From: Massalongia carnosa
Lineage: Eukaryota
DNA: 64,000 nucleotides
NCBI GenBank assembly: GCA_965645245.1
Contig: OZ287074.1
Location: 620,001 to 684,000 of the forward strand
Direction: 5' to 3'
The stretch's first letter is position 1. Every line of letters starts with the position of its first letter. The position numbers and the translations under genes are program-made. Shown here piece by piece: positions 63,151 to 64,000 of the stretch. The notes beneath the pieces are model-generated. The model did no database searches and was not told the origin of the DNA. It saw nothing but the letters and a program-made list of their open reading frames with translations.

Positions 63151-64000
63151 ATGACAGCACGTAGAACCAAGTAAGTGCGGGCCAATTGCGCGGCATTCCA
63201 CGAATCTCGTCCCGGCAGATAGAAGCTAACCCGGGACTCCTCAAGCTTTCCCAACGTCCGGGCCTGTCTCTTCGACATGGACGGCCTACTTATCGACTCC
63301 GAGGATATCTACACGCACTGCAACAACATCATCCTCCACCAATATGGCAGGCCTTCTCTTCCCTGGAAAGTCAAAGCTCAACTCCAAGGCCGGCCCGGCC
63401 CCGAAGTAAGCGTCCCCTTCCCTCAATACATAGCCTTCCCAAAGTAACCCTCTCTCCCTAGGCTGGCGAAATCTTCCACGCCTGGGCCCAACTCCCACTC
63501 TCCCGCGCGGATTTCCTTAGCCGCCAAGCCGCGCTCCAGCGAAAAAACTTCCCCACTACCCAGCCCCTCCCCGGTGTGCTCTCCCTCTTATCCCACCTCG
63601 CCGCGGCCAACATCCGTCTGGCCCTCGCCACCTCGTCGCACGCGGCCAACTTCCGCCTGAAATCCGGCCATCTGCCTTCCCTCTTTAGCTTCTTCCCCCC
63701 GCACAACCGCGTACTCGGCGACGACCCGCGCATCCCGCCCGGCAAGGGTAAGCCCGCGCCCGACATCTACCTACTCGCGCTCGAGACGCTCAACGCCGAG
63801 ATCCGCGCCCACGGCGGCGGCGAGCGCGAGATCGCCCCGGAGGAATGCATCGTGTTTGAGGACTCGGTGTCTGGGGTCGAGGCCGGGAGGAGAGCAGGCA
63901 TGCGCGTGGTGTGGTGCCCGCATCCGGAGCTATTGAAGGAGTATGCGGGCCGCGAGCGGGAGGTGTTGGCCGGTTTGACAGGGAAGTTGCAGGACGAGGC
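63151..64000 (+). CDS. HAD-superfamily hydrolase (HDHD1/GS1, pseudouridine-5'-phosphatase-like); 3' end lies outside the window
   Basis: MTARRTN|FPNVRACLFDMDGLLIDSED, LATSS, GKGKPAPDIYL, ECIVFEDSVSGVEAGRRAGM; two introns. Confidence 0.9.

Noticed and set aside
1590..64000. Apparent enrichment of RNA-metabolism genes (DBR1, Rpr2/Snm1, DCL1, DBP4, SPF31, NUP49, FIP1) as a functional cluster
   Set aside because: Interspersed with unrelated housekeeping genes and drawn from a large functional class; no shared motif seen

Overview
Fungal (Pezizomycotina ascomycete, possibly lichen-forming; taxon is inference) chromosomal DNA with short spliceosomal introns. A housekeeping backbone (DBR1, Rpr2/Snm1-domain gene, ORC6, URA2/pyrABCN, Dicer DCL1, TAP42, FAD1, DBP4, SPF31-like DnaJ, a Zn2Cys6 transcription factor, NUP49-like, FIP1, TTC1-like TPR protein, HAD phosphatase) is interrupted by two accessory stretches. 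The first (~4.4-12.7 kb) holds a Tc1 DD34E transposon with a fold-back, MITE-like left end, a KP4 killer-toxin-like gene and two secreted proteins sharing a 6-Cys domain I do not recognise. The second (~23-31.8 kb) holds a hydrophobin-like secreted protein and an AA5_2 copper radical oxidase with non-canonical substrate-pocket residues. A second IS630/Tc1/mariner-type element (60997-62283; DD37E, perfect 39-bp TIRs) is flanked by a 5-bp CTTGC duplication instead of TA. Patches of alternating C-rich/G-rich strand skew recur across the window. No tRNA, rRNA or CRISPR was found. All calls come from reading the sequence; no searches were run.
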